64,000 bases of DNA from Octopus vulgaris (lineage: Eukaryota). The position numbers were made by a program, and so were the translations under genes. The notes under the pieces are model-generated. The model did not search any database. It was not told the DNA's origin and worked only from the letters and a program-made list of their open reading frames with translations. Positions 14,342-29,856 of the stretch are shown piece after piece; positions within the stretch are counted from its first letter, which is position 1, and every line of letters starts with the position of its first letter. Location: NCBI GenBank assembly GCA_951406725.2, contig OX597815.1:22382001-22446000 (forward strand), in the 5' to 3' direction.

Positions 14342-15019
14342 GCTACAAGCACCACATCCACACATGAGATATAGGGACACACTTTTTATATACTATCTAT
14401 ATACGTACGCGTATATTCGAAACGTAGTTGATACGCACATGCATATACATACGCGTAAAGACGTATATACAATTAAAAACGCATATGCAAAAACGCACGC
14501 ATCATTATATTCATATACACATCTATATACGCACATACTCATACATACGCGGATATACAAAATGTAGTCTATACGAACATGCACATACATACGCAAAAAA
14601 CATAAACCATAAAACACACACATTCGCTGCAAAACTTGAATATACAAATGAGTTATATATGTATATACACAAATACACCCTACTGTCTGTCAAACACAAC
14701 TACATCTGCAAATGTATAAACGTATATACATACATATATGTATGAAGGGAGGAGACAGGTACAACAGGTAGAGTCTTGCACTCGTATACATACAATCATT
14801 CGTACACATGTATATATGCACTCACATATACATTAGGTATATATTACACGCGTATAAGTTACACAATTATAAAGGATGAAAGATAATATAGAGAAAAAAT
14901 ACATAAAGCAATAAAATATATGTAAGAAATATATGAGATGTTAAGACATATGAAAGGCTTGTACGTGGGCACAATATAAAAATCAGGTTCTATCTGTGAT
15001 CTTGAGGGATCCCAAAACG

Positions 15020-15520
15020 TAGCAAATGTTTTGCCATATGTGGACATGACCCAAAAAGTTCAGTTCTTGAACTTAGACGTGTAATGGTGTCTAAAGAACT
15101 TTTCCATCTTTCCATATCGCAGAGACCACACTTTTCCACTGTTGGTATAAGGCTTACACTTGGTAAAGATCTTCCAGTGAATCATATAGCTGACATTTTT
15201 CTTTTAAGGACTATACATAACTGGATAATTTGATTGTTTTTCTTTTAACCCCGTGTCTCAAGCTTAATGTGTGATTGTTTGACCTAGCTTTAAAATTTCC
15301 TTCTGTGAGACCTACAGAAACATTGACGAAACTTTATAGAATCTACGGTGGCTTTATAGCCTCGGTCATACAAGCTCCATTTAGCGGGCACAAATTTTTA
15401 ACTCTGCAAGAACAGCCGGCTTCATTTTGTTGTTTTTGTCTGTTGTGTGCAATTATATTTCTAAAATTGGTAGTAGGACTAAAATTAATTTTTAAGTTGT
15501 GCCTGTTAAAGATCTTTCTA
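15020..15520 (-). mobile_element. Penelope-like element fragment (GIY-YIG endonuclease C-terminus)
   Basis: Minus strand CSCRVKNLCPLNGAC, VGLTEGNFKAR, HWKIFTKCKPY, LCD, RTELFGSCPH, with lesions. Confidence 0.72.
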
Positions 15521-15613
15521 TATTTATGATTGATTGGAAATGCCTATCTATAAGTGATAAGAGATATCTACCTCACTTCGGGGGATAGATAGGTAGATAG
15601 AAAGAAAGAAAGT

Positions 15614-15671
<58 letters not shown>

Positions 15672-17424
15672 CATACATACGTACATAAATACATACATAC
15701 ATACATACATACATACATACATACATACATACATACATACATACATACATACATACATACATACATACATACATAGGTAGACAGGTAGATAGGTAGATAT
15801 GAGCATGTTTAAATTCACACAAATTTTCCAAAAACATATCTGGATTCTCTCATAACACAAAAACCAGCAAGACCTGGCAATAAAATTGTGTACCTGCGGA
15901 GATACTGACTTAAGGTAAGCCTCCAAAGTTACTGCTGCCAAATGAAATTGATCAGTTGATATTAAACATTACATAGAAGTGGGAGAGTACAAGTGCAAGT
16001 TCAAGTATCGATATGAAAACACATTGCTTTCTTCAAGCATATTGATAAAAGTATAACGACAGCCTTTTCTAATTATATCTGACGCCTGAATAAGTAAAAA
16101 ACGCTAGGAGTGAATATGAAATTTATCCGAGTGAAGTAAATAATGCATGAACTCAACGGAATTTAGTATATGCACAGTGGAAAACGTCGTTATGATGAAC
16201 AGTATGAAAGTATCTCAATGATATTTGATATAAAATTAAACATTTGAGGGTGGACTACACAGCATTGACAAGCTTCTGCTGATATTTTGGAAGCTCGCTT
16301 CACCCATTTAAATATATGATGAGCCCAATCATCGAGCTCATTCGCTGGTTTGTTACTTTCATACAGTAATAAACTGGAAGACATATTCAAAGAGGTGACT
16401 TAGATATAACTATTGGTACCAAATTAAAACCAGCGAACTTCTAGAACATTACAAAGTAAGATATGTAAGAACTGCCCTTTTGGGAAGGCAAACGATGAAA
16501 TTCTATGAATCCCGAAGCATTCTAGCATCACTACTTATAATTAGCTGAGCAATAGGAGAGTCACTAATCTATTCCTCGACTATCTATTTGTAACAGAGTG
16601 GGTCCCTTAAAACGAAGCGGTAGCTTATACAAAGGGCACCTTCATCACCTCAAATCAGAGAAATAGGAAAGGGATAGCAATCTGATTAACATCTCTTCAT
16701 AAGTAGTTGTTTCTGCATATACAAGAATAGCTCATCCCTCGTAGAGCAATATTTTCTATCTGAGTACATAATACACGAGTCCCTTAAGGCGCACATACAT
16801 GACGGTGACCTATTCGTGGCTAGACAGCATCACTTCGGAAACACTTCTTCACAGATTCAACTTCAATTGCCATCTAGAAATTATCAAATTAAAACTCTCC
16901 AGTTATGTGGAGGCACTCATAAGCGACATGTGTTGTTTATGAGTATCAGGTACACTTTTAGAAAATAAATTGGAATATTTTAGCCAGACCCGATCCGTAT
17001 TCCAACTGATTGCTTAACGGTAGAGTCGCCTAACTAACATTGAAGCAGTTTACAATAATCTATAATAAAAAAAAAAGTCAAGGTCTTGTCCAACAGTCAA
17101 AACAGATGGGATTTACTTTTGAAGAAGTTTCTGCAGGCCATATAGCCTGAGCCGGGACTCAACAATTCGAATTCTGAACTAGGATTAACGTTGAGCAGTA
17201 GTCTCCTTCTCAATGAATACACACAAATTAGTCTTCCTCATGATTTAGCCAAGCCAATACCATATTCGCTATCGTAACCCATTTTCATTTATACAGAACA
17301 ATTTTCTTAACGACCAATAAGAAGCACCCTAACCAGAAATTGATGGATGACTCCACATTTATGAAACATTTTCCCAAAATGAGAAATGTAATTTATGCGC
17401 GTATGTTATGTTTATGTGTGTATG

Positions 17425-17486
<62 letters not shown>

Positions 17487-18425
17487 GTGTGTGTGTGTGT
17501 GTGTGTGTGTGTCTGATTAAGAATAATAATGGTATATTAAATACCATACGAGATGAACTCTTCGTGAGAAAAGTAAATAAAATGCCTTGGGGCAATTGCG
17601 ATCAACTCCAAATGAGAAGGACATATAATCTCAAAAAACAAAACATTCTCTGAAATTGACGTGAAAAGATAGTTAGGTTGTTTGGAGACCAGAAGACAAC
17701 TGGGAGCAAGTGTCTCTGCCAAATAGGCGTCATCGACACAGTAGTTAATAATATATCTTGATTTCAGTAGACGTGAGATATAAAACATATACAAAAAGGA
17801 TAGTAAATAAACATTTATGCTATAGAATAACTTACACAGTCTAAACAAATTGAGCTAAAAGAAATAAATAACTTAGAGTGGCCAGTATAACGAATATGGA
17901 AAATAAAGATGCGAAAATGCAATCCCATACAAGACGAACACATGATTTATCGAGATTATCTTCCTTTAAAAACAATGTATATATGTACGTGTGTATTAAT
18001 GTATGCCAGAAAAGTTAGCTGATTATATGAACCATTCCGACTTGCTAACAATGCAAGTAAGAAAAAGTGAATGAAAAATAAAGCAAAACAAAGCAAACAG
18101 TTTACCTACAGTGGTTGCTAACGAACTGGACAACTACACTACATCGTAAAATATGTAATGGAAGAACTGTTGTCGCTAACTTGCTGGACCACCCACTTGA
18201 CATCAAAACACCACCCAAAGATTAAATATTCTTATCTTGTATCCATTTGAAATATTTTTCTTTTTCGAAATGTTCTCTTATTTGACTCCGTACATCTCAA
18301 GATGTGGACGTATTCTAGGCTCCGAAAATTTAAATAGTGTGGAGCGGGATCTCCCTGATATTAAAAATACATAAACATCTAAATGTATGTTAAGTGCCAC
18401 TTTTATTCGTCTGTTCTCCCACGCA

Positions 18426-18427
<2 letters not shown>

Positions 18428-18464
<37 letters not shown>

Positions 18465-18486
18465 CATACATACATATATATATAAT

Positions 18487-18538
<52 letters not shown>

Positions 18539-18548
18539 TATAATTATT

Positions 18549-18580
<32 letters not shown>

Positions 18581-18732
18581 ATTATTTATATATATATATA
18601 TATATACATACATATATATAATTATATATATATATATACATATATATATATAATTATTTATATATATATATATATATATATACATACATATATATAATTA
18701 TATATATATATATATATATACATACATATATA

Positions 18733-18820
<88 letters not shown>
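18428..18820. repeat. (TA)n-derived higher-order minisatellite
   Basis: Repeating (TA)n-CATATATAT-AATTAT units. Confidence 0.85.
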
Positions 18821-20021
18821 AGAAAGAGTGAGAGTGCATATGGAGATGAGAGAGATACTACTTAGCTTAACTAAATACAATAATTAACTCCAATTTTTAT
18901 GTCTCTGAATCCAGGCGGAATCTAACTTCAGCCTTCATGTCATGAAGTCGATAAAATAAACACTAGTAAAATATTTAGATTGATTCTGTTGCTTATAACC
19001 CTCCCAAACAAAATTTTGCTTTGTAACTAGAAAATCGATAGTTTGGTGATATTGAAGAATGACATTTTGCATGAAATTAATATACATGAATTAACCATGC
19101 AACTGAAATTATAAGCATTGATTAAGGTGTTAAAAGTTAAATTAAAATGCATCGTAAATAGCATTTCCACACAATGTGAGCTTATGTAAATGTGTGTGTA
19201 TGTATGTGTATGCCCACACACACACACACACACACGTGCTTGTATAACATATTCTTTATGTAGTACAAAAATTGAGTGGAGACTGAATCAGCAGGAATTA
19301 GAATACTGAAATAAAGAAGGTTCGAATATTTAAATATTCATATACCTAGTATTGTATATCATATTCATCACATATGCATATATGTATGCCACAATGCGCT
19401 ATAGTTTATCAGTCGCTGGCTCTCTTCTCACATTCTCTATCTTTCCATATATTAATGTGTGTGTATGTGTGTGTATTGAGAGTAAGTGCTGACAACTTGA
19501 CTGACACCTGCATACATGTGTGTGTGTGTGTTTGTGTGTTTGTGTGTGAATATATATATATACACACACACATGGCATACACATGTTTCTTAATGTTTAT
19601 TTTTACGTATAATTATATAAAAGTGTTAAGTTATTATTTAAAGAATCGCTCAATGTATTTAAGTAGAATATCACATTTATTTTTACAAGGGAAGGTTGAT
19701 AGGGATTGCTGTTTTGGTTGGCTCCTTGTCAGGCTGTATGTATATACATGTGTATGTTTGTGTGTGTGTGTGCGTCTGTGCGTCTGTGTGTCTGTGCTAT
19801 GTTTGTGTGTGTGTGTGTGCGTGTGTATGTGTGCATGAGAGAGAGAGTGGGGGAGATGTACTCAGAAAATTATAATAAGTTTATCTAAATATGAATATAT
19901 GTATCATCATTTAAGCAAATTTGCGCGTACAATCCGGAACATTTATTCATATTTTATGAAGTCACGTATCATCAATGTCATAAACGTATGTATATTTATT
20001 TTTCTATATTTATGTATGTTT

Positions 20022-20088
<67 letters not shown>

Positions 20089-20777
20089 AGTAGTGACATA
20101 TATATATAAGCATTGACATATCTCATCCGCGTTTGACCGAGAGTCTGGCAGTGTTGTTGGACTTTTCGTCCAATTTTATAATCTAAATTCAACTTCCTGT
20201 CATAAACGATGTGCTTCTAATAAAATCATTCATCACAACCCGTCAGCACCACCGCCACCATTAACACAATTGCGCGTAGCACAGAAACACACAGACTCAC
20301 AAGCAAATGCACTATCTTCCTATCTTCTCTCTACACTCTTCCAGCTATATAATTTAAGAGCTTTCTATTCCTATTGAACAATTCCCTTCTAAATTTTATC
20401 GAGTGTCTATGCAGATGCCACCGACATCTCGAGATAGTTTCGGGCCACTTCAACGGGTCTGACATTATTTACAATGTTTGCTTACTAAGATGTTTCTATG
20501 TGCTGGCAACTGCAGATTGAAATAATCCGACATTCTACTCAAAATTCATAGCTGGTAGGAATCTGTGGTATCTCAATCAGAAAAGATAAAAGGCACTTTG
20601 ACTCTTCTCGTCCTTCACATTACTACATCTATGTAATTTCGACCACTTGCACAAATTCACTATGTCATACGCAAACACACACACACACACACACACAAAC
20701 AAAAGCAAACATATACATACATATACGCGCGTGCGCGCGCACACACACATATGTATGTGGGTCGGTAGCTAGCTAGC

Positions 20778-20838
<61 letters not shown>

Positions 20839-20910
20839 GGATGGATGGATGGATGGATGGATGGATGGATGGATAGACAGATAGATATATATATATATAG
20901 ATAGATAGAT

Positions 20911-20964
<54 letters not shown>

Positions 20965-20966
20965 CG

Positions 20967-21069
<103 letters not shown>

Positions 21070-21200
21070 TGATAGATAGATAGATAGATAGATAGACGGC
21101 CAGAACAAATCAGAAAATAATATTCACTTTCACGCAATCCTTGACATATCTTCGAAATTTTCACAATTAGAAATAAAATTTACTTGTGCACATATATATA

Positions 21201-21578
21201 CACTTGCGTCAGAAATTAATTAGCACTTCTCAAATTTCTACATTAAATAGGTTAAATCAATTAACCTTATGAGCTGTTCAAAACGTCTTACGCGATGAGA
21301 AAACTTAGTATGGTGTGATTTCGGTCCTTGCGAGGCGCTACCTATATCTATTAAACAAAGGAAGATTTGTCTGCATCCGCACTCCAAGTTGTTGCACTGC
21401 TATGTCAACATCATAAGGCTGTAGACTCTCAAACTGCTCTGCAAACAAAGTTACGTCATCGTTCTGCGCAACAGTGAACTCGCAACAAAGCAATAGTTCG
21501 AGATATGGCCACTAGGTGACAGCACATACCTTGAGTGAAGAGCAAATCAAGGGTGCTAATTAATTTCTGACGGTAGTG
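21201..21578. mobile_element. Non-autonomous Tc1/mariner-type MITE
   Basis: About 26-bp TIRs CACT..CGTCAGAAATTAATTAGCAC / GTGCTAATTAATTTCTGACGGTAGTG, TA on both sides, no ORF. Confidence 0.8.
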
Positions 21579-21669
21579 TATATACGTTCATGTATGTCAC
21601 CTGTACGTGTACATGGAAGCATACAATAGCATTCGATTACAATTGCATGCATTCATGTTTAGCATACTA

Positions 21670-21894
21670 TTTTTACTCTTTACTTTTTTACTTGTGTGAC
21701 TGTGGCCATGCTTGAACACCGCCTTTAGTTGAGCAAATCGACTCCAAGACTTATTCTTTGTAAGCCTAGTACTTATTCTATCGGTCTCTTTTGCCGAACG
21801 CTAAGTTACGGGGACGTAAACATACCAGCATCGGTTTTCAAGCGATGTTTGTTTTTTTTTGGGGGGGGGGGGACAAAAGCAGACACACAAACAT

Positions 21895-21925
<31 letters not shown>

Positions 21926-22056
21926 CATATATACGAGGGGCTTCTTTCAGTTTCCGTCTACCAAATCCACTCACAAGGCTATAGTAGAAGACACTTGCCC
22001 AATTTGCCACGCAGTAGGACTGAACCTGGAGCCATGTGGTTGGTAAGCAAGCTACA
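21670..22056 (-). mobile_element. SINE family A copy, 5' end fused to Penelope sequence
   Basis: Family A body that breaks off at ...GCAAGCTAC. Confidence 0.8.
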
Positions 22057-24090
22057 AGCACCACATCCACACATGAGATATAGGGACACACTTTTTAATC
22101 ATCATCCAACATCGAACATGGGATATAAGGACACTTTTCAATCCCCATCCAAGAACTAGCACCAGACCAAATCAACAATCTCTCCAAAGGGCTCAAATTT
22201 ACACCCACCCCAAAGCCCCAACTGCAACGAAATGAAAGAAGACGTTGCGGAATTCTGTTGAAAATTACAAGTCGCCGAGGAAGTATACGACAAATACAAC
22301 AAGGACGAATCGCTAGTCCGAAATAAAAGTAACTACACCCCATCAAAAGTTAAGAACAAAATTCGGGATCATTTCTGTGAGCACATCACAGAAATACAAG
22401 CCAAACAAAAATACAAGCCAAAGTTCAGTAAAAAAGAATGTGCTGAGCTGAACAGATTAAAGGGTGATAAAACAATAACAATCAAAGAGACTGATAAAGG
22501 GAGTGCAGTAGTCTTAATGAACACGGTATATTATATAATCCTATCTATATTAGAAGACATAACATATGAAAAGGTACAACACTACAGTCAGCAGAAAATA
22601 ACGAGAAGCCTAAAACAATGTTAAACCTATACAGAGTAGGGCTCACCGACAAGGAATCTGACTATATGACTAACTTCAATAGTAAATCCAGTCAATTCTA
22701 CAGTATTCCTAAGATACACAAAAGGGAAAAAATTAGTAACGCATGCAGGGGAGCCACAGACATAACAGTCAAGGTACCTACCCCTAATGACCTCACATTA
22801 AGACCTACAATAGCATGCCCCGCATGCGAAACTCACCGTCTCAGTAACATTTTAGACTCCCTCTTAAAGCCATTCCTCAAGCATATCAAAAGCTACATAA
22901 TGGACGACCTAGATATGCTCAATCACCTCCCTGAAACAATAAATAAAACACCCTACTAGTATCCTTTGGTGTAGTCAACCTCTATTCCAACATCACCCCC
23001 ACAGATGCAATTCAATTCTGGCTACAGAATTACTCCAATGAACTCCCACACCGCATCGAAAAAGATTCGGAGATTGCGATGTGCACGCGAATGCCCCCCT
23101 CCTTTGCAAACCTAGTCTTGGGGTACCTAAAAATCAATCTTTATCGTAAAGTACTAGAAAAATATGGAAACCCATTCTCCCTCTACATAGAAAATAACTG
23201 GAAAGATATCTAGATAACTGTTTCATTCTTTGACACGAAAGTATAAAGAGACTTAAAGAATTTCAAGCACTTCTGAATAGACCTGACATAAACATCTAAT
23301 TTACGATAGAATATAGCCATCAACAACTTCCATTCCTCGACATCCTCATTAAGAAATCCAACAACAAAATAGAAATAGACATATACTATAAGCCCACGGA
23401 CTCCAAGCAATATCTGCCGTTCAACTCATTCCACCCCAGACACATTTGAATGAATACCCCTTACAACCTGGCAAAGATTTGTACTATAGTATGTGATACA
23501 AGCATCAGGGACACACGACTAAATGAGCTAAAGGATGCACTCATCAGCAGGAACTACCCACCATCACTAATTGATATAGGCTTTCAGCGTACCCTACAGC
23601 TCAACATCCACGAACTCAGACGCCCCAAACTAAAGAAGGGTTTACAACCAAAAGCCCCACCAAACATATCCACACACAACCCCCTAAACAAAGAGGCCTT
23701 CGACACCATCCTCCAAAACATCCCTTTACTAAAAAGGCACCATAGAATGGATCAAATCATCCAAACGCACACCATCATAAAGAGCAAAAGAGAGCCCAGG
23801 TCAAGGAAAAGTCTTCTAACACAGGCCCAAGTACATTCGTCAACAACATTGAAACCAACAGTAAAAAATGCGGAAGACCTATCTGTGGTATATGTGTCAA
23901 CCTAATTGAGAGACCGTAATTCTCCTTCAAACAGGGCCAACGTTTTATAGTGAAAAACAACTTCATATGTGCTTCTGAAAAACCTGATATATGTATTAAC
24001 TTGTTTAGGGTGTCGAGAAGAATATATTAGCCAAACTAACATCACTCTACGCCAGAGGATGACGGTACACGGAACCCAGATTAAAATATA
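22057..24090 (+). mobile_element. Defective Penelope-like retroelement (RT plus GIY-YIG endonuclease)
   Basis: Motifs IPKIHK, LRPTIA, LLKPFLKHIKSYI.DDLD, IAM.TRM.PSFANL, DIYYKPTDSKQYL.FNS.HP, RNYP, LIYVLTC.GC.EEYI.QT...LRQRM.VH, with frameshifts. Confidence 0.9.
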
Positions 24091-24144
24091 GTAGTACAAT
24101 AAAAAAAAAAGTGTTAAGCAAGCACATCTATATATAATATTTTG

Positions 24145-24186
<42 letters not shown>

Positions 24187-24675
24187 TATATGTACATACA
24201 CACACATATATACTAATTTCCACCACTTCCAATGTACCAAATAGAAATATTGGTGTGTAATATATGCTTAGTATAGCAGTTGTAATAGATTATAACCTTT
24301 AGAACATTTAATACAGTATGGTAAAAGATACCTCTATAATGCATATAAAATAGCAATTTCGTATGAAATATATTTGTCACGATGCAGTAGGACAACTTTC
24401 AGTTCTTGGGTACCAAGCTTCATCTAGTTTAACAGATACTATTAGGATTTGATTACGTGACAGCAAGTCCAATAAACTATCCATGAAATTCAATTTTAGC
24501 ATTTCGTCGCCAAGCAATAAAAGGTTTATTACTTTACCTTGGGTATAAGACGTTTTACCCAGGGTAAAGTTTTAAATATGCAAACAAAATGCTTTATCTT
24601 TTATCGTTTAATTGTATTCATCCTACTGGTGTCTTTTGATGAATGGCTGAATTACGGGGACGTAAACACACCAGC

Positions 24676-24971
24676 GTGGAGGGACATGGCCTAGTGGTTA
24701 GAGCAATGGACACGCGGTTGAGGAATCGCGGGTTCGAATCTCAGGCCGGGTGATGTGTGTGTTTATGAGCGAAACACCTAAGCTCCACGCGGCTCCGGCA
24801 GAAGGTAATGGCGAACTTCTGCTGACTCTTTCGCCACAACTTTCTCTAACTCTATCCTCCTGCATCTAGCAGCTAACCTGCGACGGACCTGCGTCCCGTC
24901 CTATACGCCAGTGAAACAGGGAAACCGGCCCTTATGAGCCAGGTATGGCTCGAGAAGGAACAAACAACAAC
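24676..24971 (+). mobile_element. tRNA-derived SINE with V-domain-like segment, nested in an old family A remnant
   Basis: A box GGCCTAGTGG, B box GGTTCGAATC, segment CCTGCGACGGACC.GCGTCCCGTCC, near-perfect TSD AAACACACCA(G/A)C. Confidence 0.75.
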
Positions 24972-25289
24972 AAACACACCAACACTGATTGTCAACAGAT
25001 AGCTGTTGACGTTCATAACACAGACAGTTCGGGCAGAATTTGACGATATTTTCATGTCTCCTTTTTTGAGGAACAGGTTGATGTGTTGTTGAACAGTTAA
25101 TGGCGATGATGGGAGCACAAAGATTGAAGTTGTAATTTAATATTCAGGATACAAATGCGAGTTATTATTAATGCCTTGTGTGCATTAAATGAGATTTATC
25201 TCTCAGTGACTGGGGTACTTTTCTGTTGTTCCTACCAATAACGGAACAGTACATGTGTGTGTGTACATATTTATACACAAACATATACC

Positions 25290-25520
25290 TATTTCTTTAC
25301 TACCCACAAGGGGCTAAACACAGAAGGGACAAACAAGGACAGACAAACAGATTAAGTCGATTATATCGACCCCAGTGCGTAACTGGTCCTTATTTTATCG
25401 ACCCCGAAAGGATGAAAGGCTAAGTCGACCTCGGCGGGATTTGAACTCAGAACGTAGCGACAGACGAAATACTGCTGAGCATTTTGCCCGGCGTGCTAAC
25501 GATTCTGCCAGCTCGCCGCC
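25290..25520 (-). mobile_element. SINE family B
   Basis: Reverse complement of the GGCGGCGAGCTGGCAG...GTCGACTT.GCCTTTCATCCTTTCGGGGTCGATAAA family. Confidence 0.8.
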
Positions 25521-26292
25521 TATGTATATGTTTGTATGTGTGTGTGGTGTGTATAAATGTATATCAATTCTCCTATATTATATAATAGAAAGATATGTTT
25601 TCAGTCTGAAAGACGGAATGAATCTTTCGAAATATTTGAAATGGAAGCATAAAATGAGTGCAACTTTATCGGAAAGCCAGACATTCAGAAGGTCGACTAT
25701 ATTTACAATAAGAAGAATTGGCACCCGACACCTGTAGCAAGATTGTCAAACATCCCATAAAACTGGAAATACATTAAAAAAAACATTCTGAAGGGCAATG
25801 TGTTTCATTCAAATTAATCCAATTTCACATTATCTTCCCTTTCGATATGGAGTAAAGAGAGCCGAGTATAAAACCTATAGAGTTCCTGGTTGTTTCAGTG
25901 CTACCCTACCTTGATTGTGTGTGTGCAGGAAGAGTACATTCACGTTTTCTCATGCTAAGTAGCTGGAAGTGTTTTACAGTAATAATGCCAATCTGCTACT
26001 TACATATGCAGTAATGCCAGATATTTGTAACCCACTCAGTTTCAGCTGTATAAGACAATCAGTAATAAGAGTTTTAATTTCAAAAAATGAACGAAATAAT
26101 CAGTTTGTTTATTATCTTTCCTAACATGTCTATTGCATTTTAGTAAAATTGCTTCAATAAAAATATAGCTAGAAAAGTTTAACGTCATTATATAAATGTA
26201 ATGCATCTAATCAATATCCCAAGTTATAACACACCCGCAAACACACACAGACACACACCTGCATATATACGAGCGCGTGTATTTCATCGAAT

Positions 26293-26666
26293 GTGGAGGC
26301 GCAATGGCCCAGTGGTTAGGGCAGCGGATTCGCGGTCATAGGATCGCGGTTTCGATTCCCAGACCGGGCGTTGTGAGTGTTTATTGAGCGAAAACACCTA
26401 AAAGCTCCACGATGCTCCGGCAGGGGATGGTGGTGATCCCTGCTGTACTCTTTCACCACAACTTTCTCTCACTCTTACTTCCTGTTTCTGTTGTACCTGT
26501 ATTTCAAAGGGCCGGCCTTGTCACTCTCTGTGTTACGCTGAATATCCCCGAGAACTACGTGGAGTGTTCAGCCACTTACACGTTAATTTCACGAGCAGGC
26601 TGTTCCGTTGATTCGGATCAACCGGAACCCTCATCATCGTAACCGACGGAGTGCTTCCATCCATCC
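26293..26666 (+). mobile_element. tRNA(Arg)-like SINE (octopus OR-type) with intact TSD
   Basis: A and B boxes, (CCAT)n tail, 12-bp TSD ATTTCATCGAAT at 26281-26292 and 26667-26678. Confidence 0.82.
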
Positions 26667-27254
26667 ATTTCATCGAATCCGCTAGTTGTACGCTTACTAT
26701 CCTTGACAGCACATGTACTTTGCCCATAACCCATATGACCCATCAGAAATAGCTTTACACGCAAAACTCACCACCCTAAGCTCACAAGTGGTTCACATAT
26801 AGCTGCTCGACAGCAGTTTATTCAAACAGCAACGCCTACATGCTTTGAAAAAAGCACTCACCTCTACAAACTTGATGTATTTTACACAGCACTACAACTA
26901 TTTGTAGACAGGATTACTCAGTGCACCGCACAACCCACAGCCCTTCCATCTCCCAAGCTGCAACCAAATGTGAATTTTTACCAATTTTAATAAAATGATA
27001 CCACAAAATGACTGTGGTATTTTTCTTTCTTCCATTTCTCAGCCATAGTAATTCTTACAAGAATAACGTTCTGTTTTTGTGTTTCACTATGATAAAACCC
27101 TCTCTAGAATGCCACATTCCTTCTGCTCTCCAAAGATACTATTCGTACGCCTACACGGCAAGTGCGGAAGCATTTCCGGTTTTATCACATCAACAAGACC
27201 ACTGGCTATGGCAATGCCTCTTCCATTAGTTATAATCAGTGTCAAGCTGTCAAA

Positions 27255-27316
<62 letters not shown>

Positions 27317-29594
27317 ATATATCTATCTCCATATATTATCCTATCTTTGAAAGGGCGCTACTGGAAGTCCCATTACCGAAGGACAAACAGACTGCTACTG
27401 TCAACTATTGTCCATACAGTCACTTTCAGCAAGACAAAAGTGATGAAAACAGCCATTAACATTAAATTTCGCCCAAATTTCGTTGATTTATGACCTAGAG
27501 AAATTTACGTCAGTAACATTTCATCGAATCTTCTGAAAAAAATTTTCATTAGATTCACCCGTTTCTTTTCTCTTGGATTGTTGGTGTCCAGTCAAATCGC
27601 ACCTTTGTGGTGAATGATCATGGAGCTCTCACTACTGGACTTTTCTTGTACTATCCTTTCCTTCTTCAGTAACGATCAACTTACCATTATTTTTAAGAAC
27701 GCCAACTTCTACGAAAAGGTTATCCTTCTTCATTCATTCCTAATCTCCTACATACAAGCGACATCTACATGCAACGGAGGTAATCCACGCCATATCTGTG
27801 CAGAATTTATGAAAGAAGTCCTCCAGATTATCCGACAACAAAGGGAAAACATGTAAGCGAATAGAAACATGCCTGTCGCTTCTAATCCTAGTTTTCATCC
27901 TCACTGAAGCTCTTTCTTGACGAACGGAATCCTCTAGTTAGTGTACACTGCATCACAAAGACATGTTTTCGTTCAACAGCTACACACCCGCCATAAATCT
28001 CAAGTGAGATTCACATTAGAATTATACTCTAACATCTGTTCATGAAAGCATAGGCTTTCTAGTTTGCAACCAAAGGAAGGTCACTCCACTGATGGGTATG
28101 AAACTTCTCAACAAAGGACTCTTACCACTGGCCTGCAAATAATACATTGTCTTTTCAATACGTTTTGACCAGTCACAGTGATCTAGATAGTCTTATGTTA
28201 TTCGAATTTTTCATCTCTCGCTCCTCTGTCAAACACTCAAATAGCGCCCTACACCTGGTCCTACACCTAGCCACTACACCCAGTCTATCATTCTCAGACG
28301 CCTCTTCGAACCTCCATGTCTGCATATATTTTCCTTCAGAATCACCTTGCGAGTTTTCTAAAGAAACATTAACCACATCGATCTCACGGGCATGCAAGGA
28401 TTGCAAAGATAATAGTCCTAGCCCCTTCCTCTTGACCAAATACAAAAATAAGTAAGGAATGTGTACGTTTAAATTTCCTAATATAAATACACTAACGTAC
28501 ATTGATACATTCTGGAAAATAGGTACACGCAATAAACATATATGATTATATATCTATTCATATATATACGCACAAGCAAACATTAGTCAAGAGGTTGATT
28601 GAGACGTCATGGCGATTAACTCAGTTTATCCATATGTCAATCTGTTGATAAGATTGACTCCTACCTATTTAAGGTATTTCTCAAGTGAATCTTTTCTAGC
28701 GATCTCTATTAAGTAATTACATGTCACTAGATACAGTGCGTGTCAAATCATTGCTATCAGATAACTTACCTTCAATTGGCTACTATTTGCAATTTAAGGT
28801 GGGGACTTTATTTTTCAGGCAATAAATCAATGATAGCTTACAACAATTTTCACTTTTCCAACTTAGTTCAGATACCAAGTAAAAGAGTCAGTGTGCGAGA
28901 GAGAGAAAGAGAACGACAGACGGACAGACAGAGAAAAATTTCATGGGTAAAATTATTAACATTAAATATATAATTAAAGATTGCATATAATGAAGGCTCA
29001 ATGTAAAGGACGAACTTGGACAAATTATGTCAATAATTTGGTACAGTTGGGTAAATTACGTCAATTTAAAACTGAACAAGTGAAGCATAAAACGAGTGAA
29101 AAAAATTAAGGCTGGTTAAGTATCATGTGAAAGCTAAGCTTATATTTTGTGAAAGTCGTGTGAGTGTATACCCTTGCGTGCATGTGTATGAGTTTGTATA
29201 CATTGATACATTGATACTGTGGTAATGCCCATAGCTCATTTCGAAATTTGAATGTTAATTGCAGTAATTTTTTTCATGTAGTGTATGTGAAACACATCAT
29301 ACTTTCAGAATCTTTTTTCTAACCGAGCAACAACCAGAGAAGCATCCGCAAACTCCAATTAAAACTAAAGAAACCGTTGTATCTGTTGAAAATTTCCAGC
29401 TCCTGCTCTTTTGGGTGGTTAGTGCTTTCTCTCGCAAGAAATACACCCAGTTGCCTTGACTGTGTCTGTAAGAGGTACATGATTTGTTCATGAAAGCAGA
29501 CTAGATCAACATTATACAATTTCAGGTATTGTCGATTTTACAGACATGTCAACATCTACACTTACCATTTCACTCCAAACTTCATCTCAAACAA

Positions 29595-29856
29595 CATTCC
29601 GAAAAGCTCTATCTGCGACGATTTTATCTCAATCGAAGGAGAGGGGCTTTCTCCGTCCGGGTTGCGGATCCGTGGAATAAGCTGCCGGACGAGATGGTGA
29701 AGTTGCCGACGACCGCTCAGTTAAAAGTCTCCCTTGACCACAAGTGGCCTGAACTCTTTACATGAACACCACCCTGTACATAACTCCATGTCCCCCTACA
29801 TGGCCTTGCTTTTTGCTTTTTGAGCCAAAAAATTAACTAACTAACTAAGTAACTAA
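29595..29856 (+). mobile_element. 3' end of a CR1-like LINE
   Basis: SEKLYLRRFYLNRRRGAFSVRVADPWNKLPDEMV...LD, then 3' UTR and (TAAC)n tail. Confidence 0.8.

Noticed and set aside
17710-17745. Minus-strand CGATGA-C-GCC-loop-GGC-A-GAGAC hammerhead-like motif
   Set aside because: Several core mutations; cannot be supported.
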